Part shown: positions 1-8,787 of the stretch, piece after piece
Layout: each line of letters opens with the position of its first letter
Numbering within the stretch: the first letter of the stretch is position 1
Assembly: GCA_963666485.2 (NCBI GenBank)
Contig: CAXXUO010000003.1
Span: 224,001 to 288,000, forward strand
Reading direction: 5' to 3'
Source: Syntrophorhabdaceae bacterium
Lineage (GTDB): Bacteria > Desulfobacterota > Syntrophorhabdia > Syntrophorhabdales > Syntrophorhabdaceae
DNA: 64,000 nt
Made by a program: the position numbers and the translations under genes
The notes under the pieces: model-generated
What the model was told of the DNA's origin: nothing
What the model saw: only the letters and a program-made list of their open reading frames with translations
Database searches by the model: none

Positions 1-150
1 AGGGAAACCAAGCTGGACCGCCTGGAGGCTTCAAAAGCTAAGAAGTGAGTGACGCGAAGCCGCGATAGAAAGAAACGCACAAGTGCATCGCGATGCCCGA
101 CAAGGCGCTGACCGGTATTCTATTCTCATCGAACAAGATGTAAAATCAAT

Positions 151-168
151 AGGCCCCCGAAGGGGCCT
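151..168. terminator. Hairpin AGGCCCC-CGAA-GGGGCCT, likely intrinsic terminator
   Basis: Perfect 7-bp GC stem just beyond the stop (174) of the minus-strand ORF. Confidence 0.55.
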
Positions 169-173
169 TGAAT

Positions 174-563
174 TTATTTACCAAATTGCTTTTTTGGATT
201 TGGAAGTAGCTTCGGTAAATATTGCATAGCTTTATGATCTCTTTTTGAGAAATATTCACCTGCATGATATGGCAACCATTCAAGATGGAAATATCTTCGG
301 AAATCGGCTAGCAGATAGTTCGGGTAAAGCCTTGCTTGCACGATCCTTCCGTCAGCAAATCTGTGCATATAGCTGGGAAGTGAATCGGTATCAACCTTTT
401 TCACATCACGAAGCCATTTCGAGAACATACGGCCTGTAGAAATATCGGGCATCAAGTTTTCCGGAAGGGCATATCCCTCAGTCTCCAGTGGAGCAACCAA
501 AGCGAAAGTAAGTTCGTTCAGCATTGAGAAATGCGTTGGAGGGATCTCCGACCGGTTGATCAT
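174..563 (-). pseudogene. C-terminal domain of a KilA-N family phage/island DNA-binding protein, probably 5'-truncated
   Basis: NRSEIPPTHFSMLNEL...PDISTGRMFSKWLR...RLYPN resembles the C-terminal half of bacterial KilA-N proteins as I recall them. In-frame TAA at 585-587 leaves no room for the N-terminal domain. Confidence 0.5.
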
Positions 564-1247
564 GAAGCCCCGTCTATCAACGCTTTACGCAAGGCTCAAA
601 CTTCAAAACCAGTGTGCCGGTGACGAGTTGGCGGGTGGTGAATCAATAGATGCAAAACGAACCGGACCCAACCCTGAAAAAATAAGCAGCTTTCAAATCT
701 GCTTTTGTGATCGGCATCCGAGCAAAAGTTAAAATTCCCCGTACCATAAGCAACGGGGGTCACATGAAGGGAACGGCCTAACATGGGATATTCCCTTCGC
801 AGTAATTCCGCCAGCCGTCGATCGTCCCCAACGTGGTGTGAGAATACTCCTCGCCGCTTTCTTCCAAGAGTTTCGTCACAATGTCCAGTAACTCCGCCTT
901 TTGAAGTTCGGTGCCCGGGATATCCTCCTGCCGCACTTTCCATATATCCGCAATGTCCTGAAGGGTTAGCCGCCTGACCGGTTCCGAATGATCGTATACC
1001 TTTGCTTCCGGGTGGAAAGAACGACAAAAACTCTACGCCTCTGATTGTTCGCGGAAAGGGATGGTCCGGACCCTGGTTCTCTTCCTCCCTGGAGTGTTTG
1101 GGTCCACCCCTTCAGGATGCATACCGCTCGGTCTGAAGCAAAGGCGCGGGCTGCCATGAAAGGGAAAAAGACCATTATCCAGGCATTGTCTTTTTCCTGT
1201 GAGGTCGTTTCACCGATACGATACAGCTTCAAGTCCGGGTCGCCAGG

Positions 1248-1436
1248 TTAGGTCTTACTGGTCTTATCAAAATCAATGGGAAACCCGGCAGTCGTCAAGG
1301 TAGTGATATACCTGTAGACCGTTCTCTTGCTTACCTCAAGTTCTTGGCCAAGGGAGTCAGCCGTCACTTTTTCCTTACTGTCGATCTTATTCAGGATGAT
1401 GATCAGCGAATCGAACTTATATGACATATAATCCAC
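1248..1436 (-). pseudogene. Truncated WYL/YafY-type regulator (HTH_11 only)
   Basis: LGQELEVSKRTVYRYITTLTTAGFPI is a typical YafY N-terminal wHTH. The ORF stops after 62 aa with no WYL domain. Confidence 0.7.
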
Positions 1437-1473
1437 CTCTTTTTTGTCAGCGGTCAGAATAAATCATGGCATA

Positions 1474-1491
1474 ATGACAGGAGTATGTCAT
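1474..1491. promoter_or_regulatory. Palindromic operator ATGACA-N6-TGTCAT upstream of the WYL-HTH gene
   Basis: Perfect 6-bp inverted repeat ~40 bp upstream of the gene start. Confidence 0.45.
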
Positions 1492-1574
1492 CAAATTATC
1501 TGAAAAGGAATGGAAAAAAACCGATGGGATACAACCCATAAGGATCCGGACAGAGGTTGGAATCTGGCCGTGAA

Positions 1575-2063
1575 TCAATGAGTTAGAAATCTTGTTGTTT
1601 TTACATCCTCGATAATGTCTTCAACTTTTGTTGGACCCAACGTCGCGATCACATCGCGCAATACTTTTTCCATCAGTTTGTTGTCCCGCAGGAGGATTTC
1701 CCGGAAGGACTGATATTGTAGCCGGATTTTTTTCTGGTCAGGGAATTTTCGCCTATGTCTGTATAAAGCCATCCATACGTTATACCTTCCCGCATTTCTA
1801 AAATCCCTCTTTGTTGGTTCTTTGCCCAGCTCTTGCCGTAAGCGATCTTCAGCTGCCTCAGCCCTTTTATACCCGTCATGGCCTTTCCAGGATTCGTGTG
1901 TCCGGCGCTGTGACTGTCGACGACGAAGTTTCATACGTATTTTGTAACCATTTTGTAACCAATTGTCACCTTTCCGCTCGTGTTCCAAGCTGAGATTCAC
2001 TAATAAGCTGAATATAACTGTCGGATTACACTGGCTTTTACAAACGATGCTGATGTTTATCAC
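1575..2063 (-). CDS. Hypothetical basic protein (island; start uncertain)
   Basis: ORF track; Arg/Lys-rich, no family recognised. Confidence 0.4.
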   Translation of the reverse strand: MINISIVCKSQCNPTVIFSLLVNLSLEHERKGDNWLQNGYKIRMKLRRRQSQRRTHESWKGHDGYKRAEAAEDRLRQELGKEPTKRDFRNAGRYNVWMALYRHRRKFPDQKKIRLQYQSFREILLRDNKLMEKVLRDVIATLGPTKVEDIIEDVKTTRFLTH

Positions 2064-2293
2064 GTGTTTTATTCGAATTCTTCTTTATCTAAAAAAAACC
2101 ATAAGAGGTATGTCATGAAAGTATCGTGTGAACGGTTACCCGATAAGACCTCGGACCCCGTCCCAAAAAACTGGACACCACAAAAAGTTGGTCTCTAGGA
2201 GCGAGGTCCGTCCGAAGTCAAACGGTCCATGGCCTCCGTATGGTGCTGCTATCCTAGGTTTTTAACAAAAAATCCTGTAACAGATATTTATAT

Positions 2294-2683
2294 ATGCATG
2301 AAGCTATTAAAAACAAACAAGGGGTGATTTTAATGAACAGATACAAAAGTAAAGAGAAAGAAGAGACTTGTTCCCGGGATATAAAGGAGCGGGAAGCCTA
2401 TATTGAAGGGACTGATGGCCTACTGAAGGACTTTTTCAAGGACATCAAAAAGCGTCAAGAAGAGGCACGGAACTCAAAGATCCGCATGCCAAACTTTATC
2501 AAAAATGTGAGTGATCTTGAAAAGATGATCAAGCTTCACCTATTTCTTCTCGGCGAGTCGACTGACGAGGACGCGCACGTTACAAGGGGTAGAGATGAAG
2601 AATTGGAAAAAGCTATCGAAAACGATCCTGAAGTAAGAGAACTATTCGCTGAACTATACAGGAGAACCCATAAAAGACATTGA
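2294..2683 (+). CDS. Hypothetical phage-like protein
   Basis: NVSDLEKMIKLHLFLLGESTD resembles C-terminal segments of terminase-small-subunit-like proteins. GGGGTG precedes an ATG at 2333. Confidence 0.5.
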   Translation: MHEAIKNKQGVILMNRYKSKEKEETCSRDIKEREAYIEGTDGLLKDFFKDIKKRQEEARNSKIRMPNFIKNVSDLEKMIKLHLFLLGESTDEDAHVTRGRDEELEKAIENDPEVRELFAELYRRTHKRH

Positions 2684-3065
2684 ATAAGGCACTGCACCGA
2701 CAAATAATTGCACGGCCCGTTGGAGACATCGATTTTTAATCCCCAAAATCGTGGTCGACCTATTTATGTATAATAGGTGCCCAAGAGTGTGGGCGAAAAA
2801 TATTAAGGAGGTTTATATGAGTATAGCGAAGCGAAATGACCCGTTTCCATTCGTGCTGTTCAGTGAAGAAGAGCGGATGGAAGCGGGGTTTGCGAAGGCC
2901 GGTATCCGGGGGCATAGCGAAGGAGAGTTCCCCGGCTTCCTGCAGAAAGCTTTTTCGCCCGAACAGAGCCTAGCGGCCGAAAAGAACGAGTACCCCATGC
3001 GAAGTATAAAGATTGACGCCCTGGCTGTGTGGGCTATAGACACCCGAAGTAAAAGGAGGTAAAAG

Positions 3066-3719
3066 ATGAACGAAATATACGAAAGATTGTCGCATGAAAC
3101 ATCCAAGGCTTATCACCACTTTGCCGCCTACCGCGACATGGGGTCTACGAGAAGTCTACAAAAGGTAGCCAAAAGATACAAGATGAGCCGCGCCCCACTC
3201 GGCCGCCTCAGCAAGAAATACAACTGGGTCGAACGGGCAAAAGCATACGATCTGCATATGGAACGGGTAAAAATGGAGGCCCGGGAGATTGTGGAGTTAG
3301 AGAGGGAGCGAAGACACATTGAGCACGTGGAATTGTACGAGAAGGTAGGGAAGGAGGCGCTTCTTTATTTGATGAAATTGTTGAAAGGGCCATATACCAA
3401 TCCTGATGGCAAAAAGATGATTGTCGATTTGCTGGTAAAATACCCGACGGCGTACACGGAAATGATAGAAGTAGGGCGCAGCACACAAATATTGGAAAAG
3501 GAGAGGGCCGAATCCTTAATAAGGCAGGACGATGACCGGGATGTCCAACAAGACCGAAAGATTTCAGCACCGGTTGAACAAACGGATGTAGAACCCGTTG
3601 AGGAAAAGGCATCGGCACCACAAAATGTTCTTTCACTGACTGGTGTTGAGCGAAACGGAGAAAGGAAGGAGGAAGCGAAGGAGACCTCCCGGAATAATAG
3701 GAGGCTTCTAAGAAGGTAG
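3066..3719 (+). CDS. Phage terminase small subunit-like HTH protein
   Basis: ETSKAYHHFAAYRDMGSTRSLQKVA...KYNWVERAKAYD motif; strong AGGAGG RBS. Confidence 0.65.
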   Translation: MNEIYERLSHETSKAYHHFAAYRDMGSTRSLQKVAKRYKMSRAPLGRLSKKYNWVERAKAYDLHMERVKMEAREIVELERERRHIEHVELYEKVGKEALLYLMKLLKGPYTNPDGKKMIVDLLVKYPTAYTEMIEVGRSTQILEKERAESLIRQDDDRDVQQDRKISAPVEQTDVEPVEEKASAPQNVLSLTGVERNGERKEEAKETSRNNRRLLRR

Positions 3720-3749
3720 CCGGATTCCCGAGGCAATGGGGATAAGGTC

Positions 3750-3944
3750 TCAAAGGTCCGACCGGCAAGCCCTTCGTGCTGTTTCACGGCTGATTTTCAG
3801 GACTTTCGCTACCGCATTGTAAGACATGCCTAAGGCGTGCAATTGGTTTGCCTTGGAGGCCAATGTTCTGTATAATACTTGTTGTTGATTTACCCGGATG
3901 ATTATACGAGCGGGCATCTCGGATGCGGTTCGAATTGGTAACAT
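3750..3944 (-). CDS. Small HTH protein or recombinase-tail remnant at the island edge
   Basis: LHALGMSYNAVAKVLKISRETARRA helix-turn-helix. Confidence 0.45.
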   Translation of the reverse strand: MLPIRTASEMPARIIIRVNQQQVLYRTLASKANQLHALGMSYNAVAKVLKISRETARRACRSDL

Positions 3945-3956
3945 CCGGGTCCGCCA
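3927..3956 (+). mobile_element. att-like scar resembling a tRNA 3' end (GGTTCGAAT...CCGGGTCCGCCA)
   Basis: T-loop motif plus acceptor strand ending in CCA, at the boundary between phage-like and host genes. Confidence 0.5.
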
Positions 3957-3987
3957 TATATTTCAAATAATAGCAATTGAGGTAGTG

Positions 3988-4332
3988 ATGGAAGAAGATC
4001 ATCGGCCGTGGGGTTATTATACCGTGCTGGCGGATGAGGATGATCACAGGGTCAAAAGGATCGTTGTGAAGCCCGGGCAGAGATTGAGCCTTCAGCGGCA
4101 TCAGCATCGTGCGGAGCATTGGTATATCGTTCGGGGACAGGCCTTAGTACGAAGAAACGACGAGGAATTTTCGCTTGAGGCAGGCGACAGCGTTGATATA
4201 CCCCGCCACTCCTGGCATAGGATCGCCAACCCCGGTACGGAGAACATGGTCTTTATCGAGGTTCAAAAGGGTGACTATTTCGGAGAGGATGATATCGAGA
4301 GGTCCGAGGATGATTACGGGCGGACGCAGTGA
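3988..4332 (+). CDS. Mannose-6-phosphate isomerase type II C-terminal cupin protein
   Basis: RPWGYY...VKRIVVKPGQRLSLQRHQHRAEHW...EVQKGDYFGEDDIER. Confidence 0.92.
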   Translation: MEEDHRPWGYYTVLADEDDHRVKRIVVKPGQRLSLQRHQHRAEHWYIVRGQALVRRNDEEFSLEAGDSVDIPRHSWHRIANPGTENMVFIEVQKGDYFGEDDIERSEDDYGRTQ

Positions 4333-4451
4333 CCGGAGCATAGAGGACATCGGACAAGATCAGGAATGAGGAAGTTGGAGGGGGATCGCCTGAAGGATCA
4401 TCGGCCGGGAGACGCAGCAGCAAGGGAAGTTGTTTGACCGCACTTTAGAAA

Positions 4452-4838
4452 CTAAACCAATTTTAATGCCTTGAGGATCTCTTCTTTATCTTCCGGGGAT
4501 TGGGGCGGGAAACCCAGTGATTCCAGTTCCCTATCCAGGTAATCCGTAAATTGCAGGATCATGAAATTGGCCGCACTCCTCAACAGAGGTGAAAAGTGTA
4601 AGGCCAAAAGGTAGCTTAAGCCATTCACCGTTTTGCAGCACGCCTCCACCTGCTCCCTCGATCCTTCCGGGACGGCCCGATATCCCGTTTCTTCCAAAAA
4701 AATGCTCCTGTTCACGGCGTGTTCTTCCGCGCCAGGTTGCAACGCCAGGTTCCTCGGATACGCCAGCGCTATCCGGTCGGTAATTTTCCGGGCTTCCCGC
4801 TTGTATTTCCCGTGGGTAAGAAAGTCGAGTGATCCCAT
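4452..4838 (-). CDS. Hypothetical protein
   Basis: ORF with AGGGG RBS; no family recognised. Confidence 0.55.
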   Translation of the reverse strand: MGSLDFLTHGKYKREARKITDRIALAYPRNLALQPGAEEHAVNRSIFLEETGYRAVPEGSREQVEACCKTVNGLSYLLALHFSPLLRSAANFMILQFTDYLDRELESLGFPPQSPEDKEEILKALKLV

Positions 4839-5034
4839 AAACGGTCCCCTGTCGGCCTGGCGGTAATTTTACGATATCAAAGGAAATTAATATGATAAAT
4901 CAAGCGGTTTGTCAAAGACTAAAGAAGCTGTCTTCAATTGCCGAAAAAGGATGCGTTTTTGACGGGTTATTGACAATGGTTTTACCGGTACGTACGTTAG
5001 TTTGTAGCAAAGCTGAATAAATAGGGAGGGTATC

Positions 5035-5202
5035 ATGGCTGAGAAGAAGGAAGCAGGAAAACAGGTCAAGAAAGCAAAGAAGAAGGGCGACCGTTACCAA
5101 TGCGGCGTGTGCGGTCTCGCCGTGACGATCGACGAAATATGCAATTGCGTCGATGCATGCGATATCATCTGCTGCGGCAAAGAGATGGAAGCAAAAGGAT
5201 AG
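5035..5202 (+). CDS. Small Cys-rich desulforedoxin-like metal-binding protein (55 aa, not in ORF track)
   Basis: GGGAGG RBS; MAEKKEAGKQVKKAKKKGDRYQCGVCGLAVTIDEICNCVDACDIICCGKEMEAKG has YxCxxCG...CCGxxM. Confidence 0.8.
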   Translation: MAEKKEAGKQVKKAKKKGDRYQCGVCGLAVTIDEICNCVDACDIICCGKEMEAKG

Positions 5203-5403
5203 ACGGAACAGGCGCTCATCTTCTCATAATCCAGCGCTCCACAAAATATTGGCACTTCCTGCGCGGATTCGGCCGGGCAAAGCTGTATCTTCGGTTCACC
5301 CCATATCCACACATAAAACAGCTTAATTGTTTGAACCAAATCGTACCTCAACGTATAATAACCAGAACATACACACATCAGAGAGGACACGGGACATTTG
5401 ACG

Positions 5404-5838
5404 ATGAAGCTTCCTGCATTACTGGTAATGATCTGTTTCATCTGTATACCCTTTCCTGCCATGTCATTAGAATGGGTGATGTATGGCAGGCCGGACGGCG
5501 GGTTGCTCGATGCGTATTATGACAGGGCGAATGTCGTGCCGATCGGCGGCAGGATGTTCCGGGTGACCGTAAAGTATGAGTACACCGAGGCAGGGAAAAA
5601 AGAGGTGACCAATTCACGAAAGAGATCGGAGCTGCCAACCGGGGGGTATGAGAGATTGAGCCACTCGATCGTTCAGTACGAACTTGATTGCCAGGGGTCG
5701 CAGCAGGCTATCTTCTCGGTGAGCGAGATGGACTCAGACGGTAAGGAGCTCGATCATTACAACCCGCCAAAGCGCGAATGGACCCGTGTCAAACGGGGCG
5801 GGATAGGCGACGCGCTTTTGAAAAAGGTCTGTAGATAG
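5404..5838 (+). CDS. Exported protein, surface-adhesin-E-like fold
   Basis: Signal peptide; W...YYD...YELDC...W...G...LLKKVC pattern. Confidence 0.65.
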   Translation: MKLPALLVMICFICIPFPAMSLEWVMYGRPDGGLLDAYYDRANVVPIGGRMFRVTVKYEYTEAGKKEVTNSRKRSELPTGGYERLSHSIVQYELDCQGSQQAIFSVSEMDSDGKELDHYNPPKREWTRVKRGGIGDALLKKVCR

Positions 5839-5864
5839 AAAACCCATCCTCCAATTTTACGTAC

Positions 5865-5880
5865 ATTACAAAATTGTAAT
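5865..5880. promoter_or_regulatory. CusR/CopR-like box ATTACA-AAAT-TGTAAT
   Basis: Perfect palindrome 45 bp upstream of the response regulator start. Confidence 0.6.
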
Positions 5881-5925
5881 CGAGATATTATTTCCATTAC
5901 CGGCAAATGTTGATATCATTCGTGT

Positions 5926-6600
5926 ATGAAAATACTCCTCGTAGAAGACGACCCGAAGATCTTATCGTTCGTATCGAAGGGATTGCAGGAGCAAGGGTTC
6001 GTGGTCGACTCCTGCGACAATGGCGATGAAGGGTATGATCTTGCGCTGGGGCAGGCCTACGATCTGATGATCCTGGATATTATGCTTCCCGGGCGCGACG
6101 GTTTAAGCATCCTGCGGGAATTGCGGGACAAGAAGATCACGGTACCTGTAATCCTTCTGACGGCACGGTCCGCGATCCATGAGCGTGTGGAAGGTCTCAA
6201 CCTTGGGGCTGACGACTACCTTTCGAAACCCTTCTTCATGGAGGAACTCTTCGCGAGGATACACGCCGTGGTGAGGCGCTCGACCGGCCAGGGTTTAAGC
6301 GTCGTAGAAGCCGGCGGCCTCAAGGTCAACCTGATTACCCGTGACGTCAGGCTGGGGGAAATGATCCTCGACCTCACGGCCCGCGAATTCAGCCTCCTTG
6401 AACTGTTGATGCGGTCCCCCGGCCGCGTTTTCACACGAACTCAGATCCTCGAACATGTCTGGGGCTATGATTTTGATCCTCAGACCAACGTTGTCGATGT
6501 GTACATCCGCCGTCTGAGAAGCAAGGTGGAGACGGGCCCCGAACATCCTGTCATCGAGACGGTCAGGGGGGTCGGCTACCGCATGCTCGAACGGGCTTGA
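5926..6600 (+). CDS. OmpR-family response regulator (CusR/CzcR-like)
   Basis: REC (LLVEDD, LDIMLP, KPF) plus wHTH (HVWGYDFDPQTNVVDVYIRRLR). Confidence 0.95.
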   Translation: MKILLVEDDPKILSFVSKGLQEQGFVVDSCDNGDEGYDLALGQAYDLMILDIMLPGRDGLSILRELRDKKITVPVILLTARSAIHERVEGLNLGADDYLSKPFFMEELFARIHAVVRRSTGQGLSVVEAGGLKVNLITRDVRLGEMILDLTAREFSLLELLMRSPGRVFTRTQILEHVWGYDFDPQTNVVDVYIRRLRSKVETGPEHPVIETVRGVGYRMLERA

Positions 6601-8267
6601 GGGGTAACCCGCCTTTGTTCCGTATCAAGATAGCTCTTCTTTCCTTTGTTATCTCCGGCCTCGTTATCACGGGGCTCGGTTTTTATTCCCTCACCGTCAT
6701 GAACAGGGTGAGCCTGTCCCGCATCGACCGGGAGATACTGGCCCTCGGGGAAGGCCATCTCGCGGTTCGTCCCCCCCAGGATTACTGGCGCAATTTCGAG
6801 TCCTCCCTGCAGTTCATTTACGGTGAAAGATCGGAAAACCTCATTGTCGAGGTAAAAGATGAATGGGGAAGCGTGCTTTTCAGGTCTGCGCGCTGGCCGG
6901 GTGAGATCACGGAGGGGTCCTTTCCCGGGTTCGACCGCACTATGGATGCGAGCCCGCCGAAACCGTCGGAGACCGATCGCCGTGGACCGCCGCCCGAAGC
7001 ATACAGGGCATGCGAGGGAAAGAAAGTCGGCGAGGCGGCACAGTTCACCGATGCCCGGGGGGTGCTCTTGAGAGGCACATGCGAAACGGACAACGGGAAA
7101 ATGGTCCTGCGCCCCCATGCCAACAGGGATGGCGGAAACGGGCCGGTACAGGGAAACGCGCAGGCCAAGGATCCTGGCCCATCTTCGGGACCTGAGGCGA
7201 AACGGCCCGTCCCCCGTTTTAAGAAAGACCCCGTTTTCGCAACTTTGAGGACATCGACCGGCGTGTGGCGCGCCGGCATTATGGGTAGCGACCGCGTCAC
7301 CATAACGGCGGGTATGAACATGGCGGACCACTACAGGGACGTGGAGCGATATCGAAGGGCATTCCTGGCAATCGTTCCGGCTGCACTGTTCCTGATCGCG
7401 GCAGGGGGGTGGCTGATCGCCTGGCGCGCCTTGAGACCTGTATCTGTCATTACCCGGACGGCCGAGATGATATCGGTCCGTGCCCTGGAGCAGCGGGTTC
7501 CATCCGTTAGCGCCGACAGCGAATTATCGCGTCTCGTCGTCGTGATCAACAACATGCTTGACCGCCTGGAAAAGAGTTTCGGCCAGGCAGTTCGGTTCAG
7601 CGCCGACGCGGCCCATGAGCTTCAGACCCCGCTCAGCGTTCTTCTCGGGGAACTGGATGATGCTGTCCAGCATGCTCCTCTTGGGTCCGTGGAACAACGG
7701 CGCTATTCGAGCCTTCTCGAAGAGGTCCAGAGGCTGAGATCGATCGTTCAGAAACTTCTGGTGCTGGCAAGGGCTGACGCGGGCAGGCTTGAACTTAACG
7801 TCGAGAATGTTGATCTCAGCGCCCTGGCTGAGTCCGCCGCAGAAGACGCGGCCGTAATGGCACCGCATCTGCGTGTGGAAAAAGATATCGTTCCCGGCGT
7901 CATTGTGAAAGCGGACCCGGACCTCGCAGGACAGGCCATGCAAAACCTTGTGTCGAATGCAGTGAAATATAACCGGGAAGGCGGATTCATAAGACTCCGG
8001 GTATTTCCTGACCGCGACCGGGCGCGTTTCACCATCGTCAATTCAGGGGTGCCCGTTCCTGAAGATGACGCCGAAATGATATTCGACCGTTTTTACAGGA
8101 TGGACCGGTCGCGCAGCAGATCGGTCCCGGGATCGGGCCTCGGCTTGAGCCTCGCCCGGGAGATCGCTCGCGCGCACGGCGGCGAGGTATGTCTCGACCC
8201 GCCTTCGGAAGGGACGGTCTCCTTCTCCCTTTCGCTGCCGCTGAGTTCCATCCCTGGTGACGCATAG
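6597..8267 (+). CDS. HAMP sensor histidine kinase with Pro/Cys-module insert in the periplasmic domain
   Basis: Two TMs, HAMP, H-box FSADAAHELQTP, N box NAVKYN, G2 GSGLGL. Confidence 0.95.
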   Translation: MRGNPPLFRIKIALLSFVISGLVITGLGFYSLTVMNRVSLSRIDREILALGEGHLAVRPPQDYWRNFESSLQFIYGERSENLIVEVKDEWGSVLFRSARWPGEITEGSFPGFDRTMDASPPKPSETDRRGPPPEAYRACEGKKVGEAAQFTDARGVLLRGTCETDNGKMVLRPHANRDGGNGPVQGNAQAKDPGPSSGPEAKRPVPRFKKDPVFATLRTSTGVWRAGIMGSDRVTITAGMNMADHYRDVERYRRAFLAIVPAALFLIAAGGWLIAWRALRPVSVITRTAEMISVRALEQRVPSVSADSELSRLVVVINNMLDRLEKSFGQAVRFSADAAHELQTPLSVLLGELDDAVQHAPLGSVEQRRYSSLLEEVQRLRSIVQKLLVLARADAGRLELNVENVDLSALAESAAEDAAVMAPHLRVEKDIVPGVIVKADPDLAGQAMQNLVSNAVKYNREGGFIRLRVFPDRDRARFTIVNSGVPVPEDDAEMIFDRFYRMDRSRSRSVPGSGLGLSLAREIARAHGGEVCLDPPSEGTVSFSLSLPLSSIPGDA

Positions 8268-8268
8268 G

Positions 8269-8284
8269 ATTACAATATTTTCAT
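8269..8284. promoter_or_regulatory. Second CusR-like box ATTACA-ATAT-TTTCAT
   Basis: Degenerate copy of the 5865 box upstream of the 8392 operon. Confidence 0.45.
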
Positions 8285-8391
8285 TTTCCCAAACCGGTTA
8301 TTTTCATGTTTGCGCGGTATCCTCGTTTCATACCATGGGACTTTAAAGCCGCTGGTCCTTCGGTAAGAAAAAAACTCAGGAGGATAGAAAG

Positions 8392-8787
8392 ATGAAAATT
8401 GCCGCCGTGTTTTTATGTTTCATACTTCTCGCTATAGGTAGCGCCTGCAGGGACGAGACCATGACAAGCGCAGTCGGAGAGAAACCGGGAGCCGGGCAGT
8501 CGAATGAAGGCCCGTCCCATCCGGAAGATGGCGCCCGTCAGCGTCCGCCGGAAGGTGCGTACAAAGCCTGTGAAGGGAAGGCTGCAGCGAGCGAGGCGTC
8601 GTTCACCGACCCCCGCGGCGAGGTGCTCACAGGAACATGCGAAGAGGACAATGGGAAAATGGTGCTGAGGCCCTACCGCAACAAGCAGGAGCGGCGGGGT
8701 AGACAAGGCCGCGAGGAACCGCATGACAGGCCGGACGTTCCACAGGGTGACCTTCCCGACCGGACCCATATGAATGAGGAGGCGTGA
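8392..8787 (+). CDS. Putative lipoprotein carrying the two-Cys module
   Basis: Signal peptide ending GSAC; PPEGAYKACEGK...GTCEEDNGKMVLRP; AGGAGG RBS. Confidence 0.8.
   Translation: MKIAAVFLCFILLAIGSACRDETMTSAVGEKPGAGQSNEGPSHPEDGARQRPPEGAYKACEGKAAASEASFTDPRGEVLTGTCEEDNGKMVLRPYRNKQERRGRQGREEPHDRPDVPQGDLPDRTHMNEEA

Noticed and set aside
564..647. GAAGCCCCGTCTA...GGCGGG..TCAA resembling an IS200/IS605 end
   Set aside because: Weak pairing, orientation inconsistent with the KilA truncation, and no tnpA/tnpB in the window.
780..1030. Protein-like minus-strand frame (FHPEAKVYDH...WRNYCEGNIPC) without a start
   Set aside because: Probably a pseudogene fragment of the island; no family recognisable, so not called.
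3927..3956. Intact tRNA gene
   Set aside because: Only T-loop and acceptor 3' motifs are present, with no cloverleaf; kept as an att-like scar.
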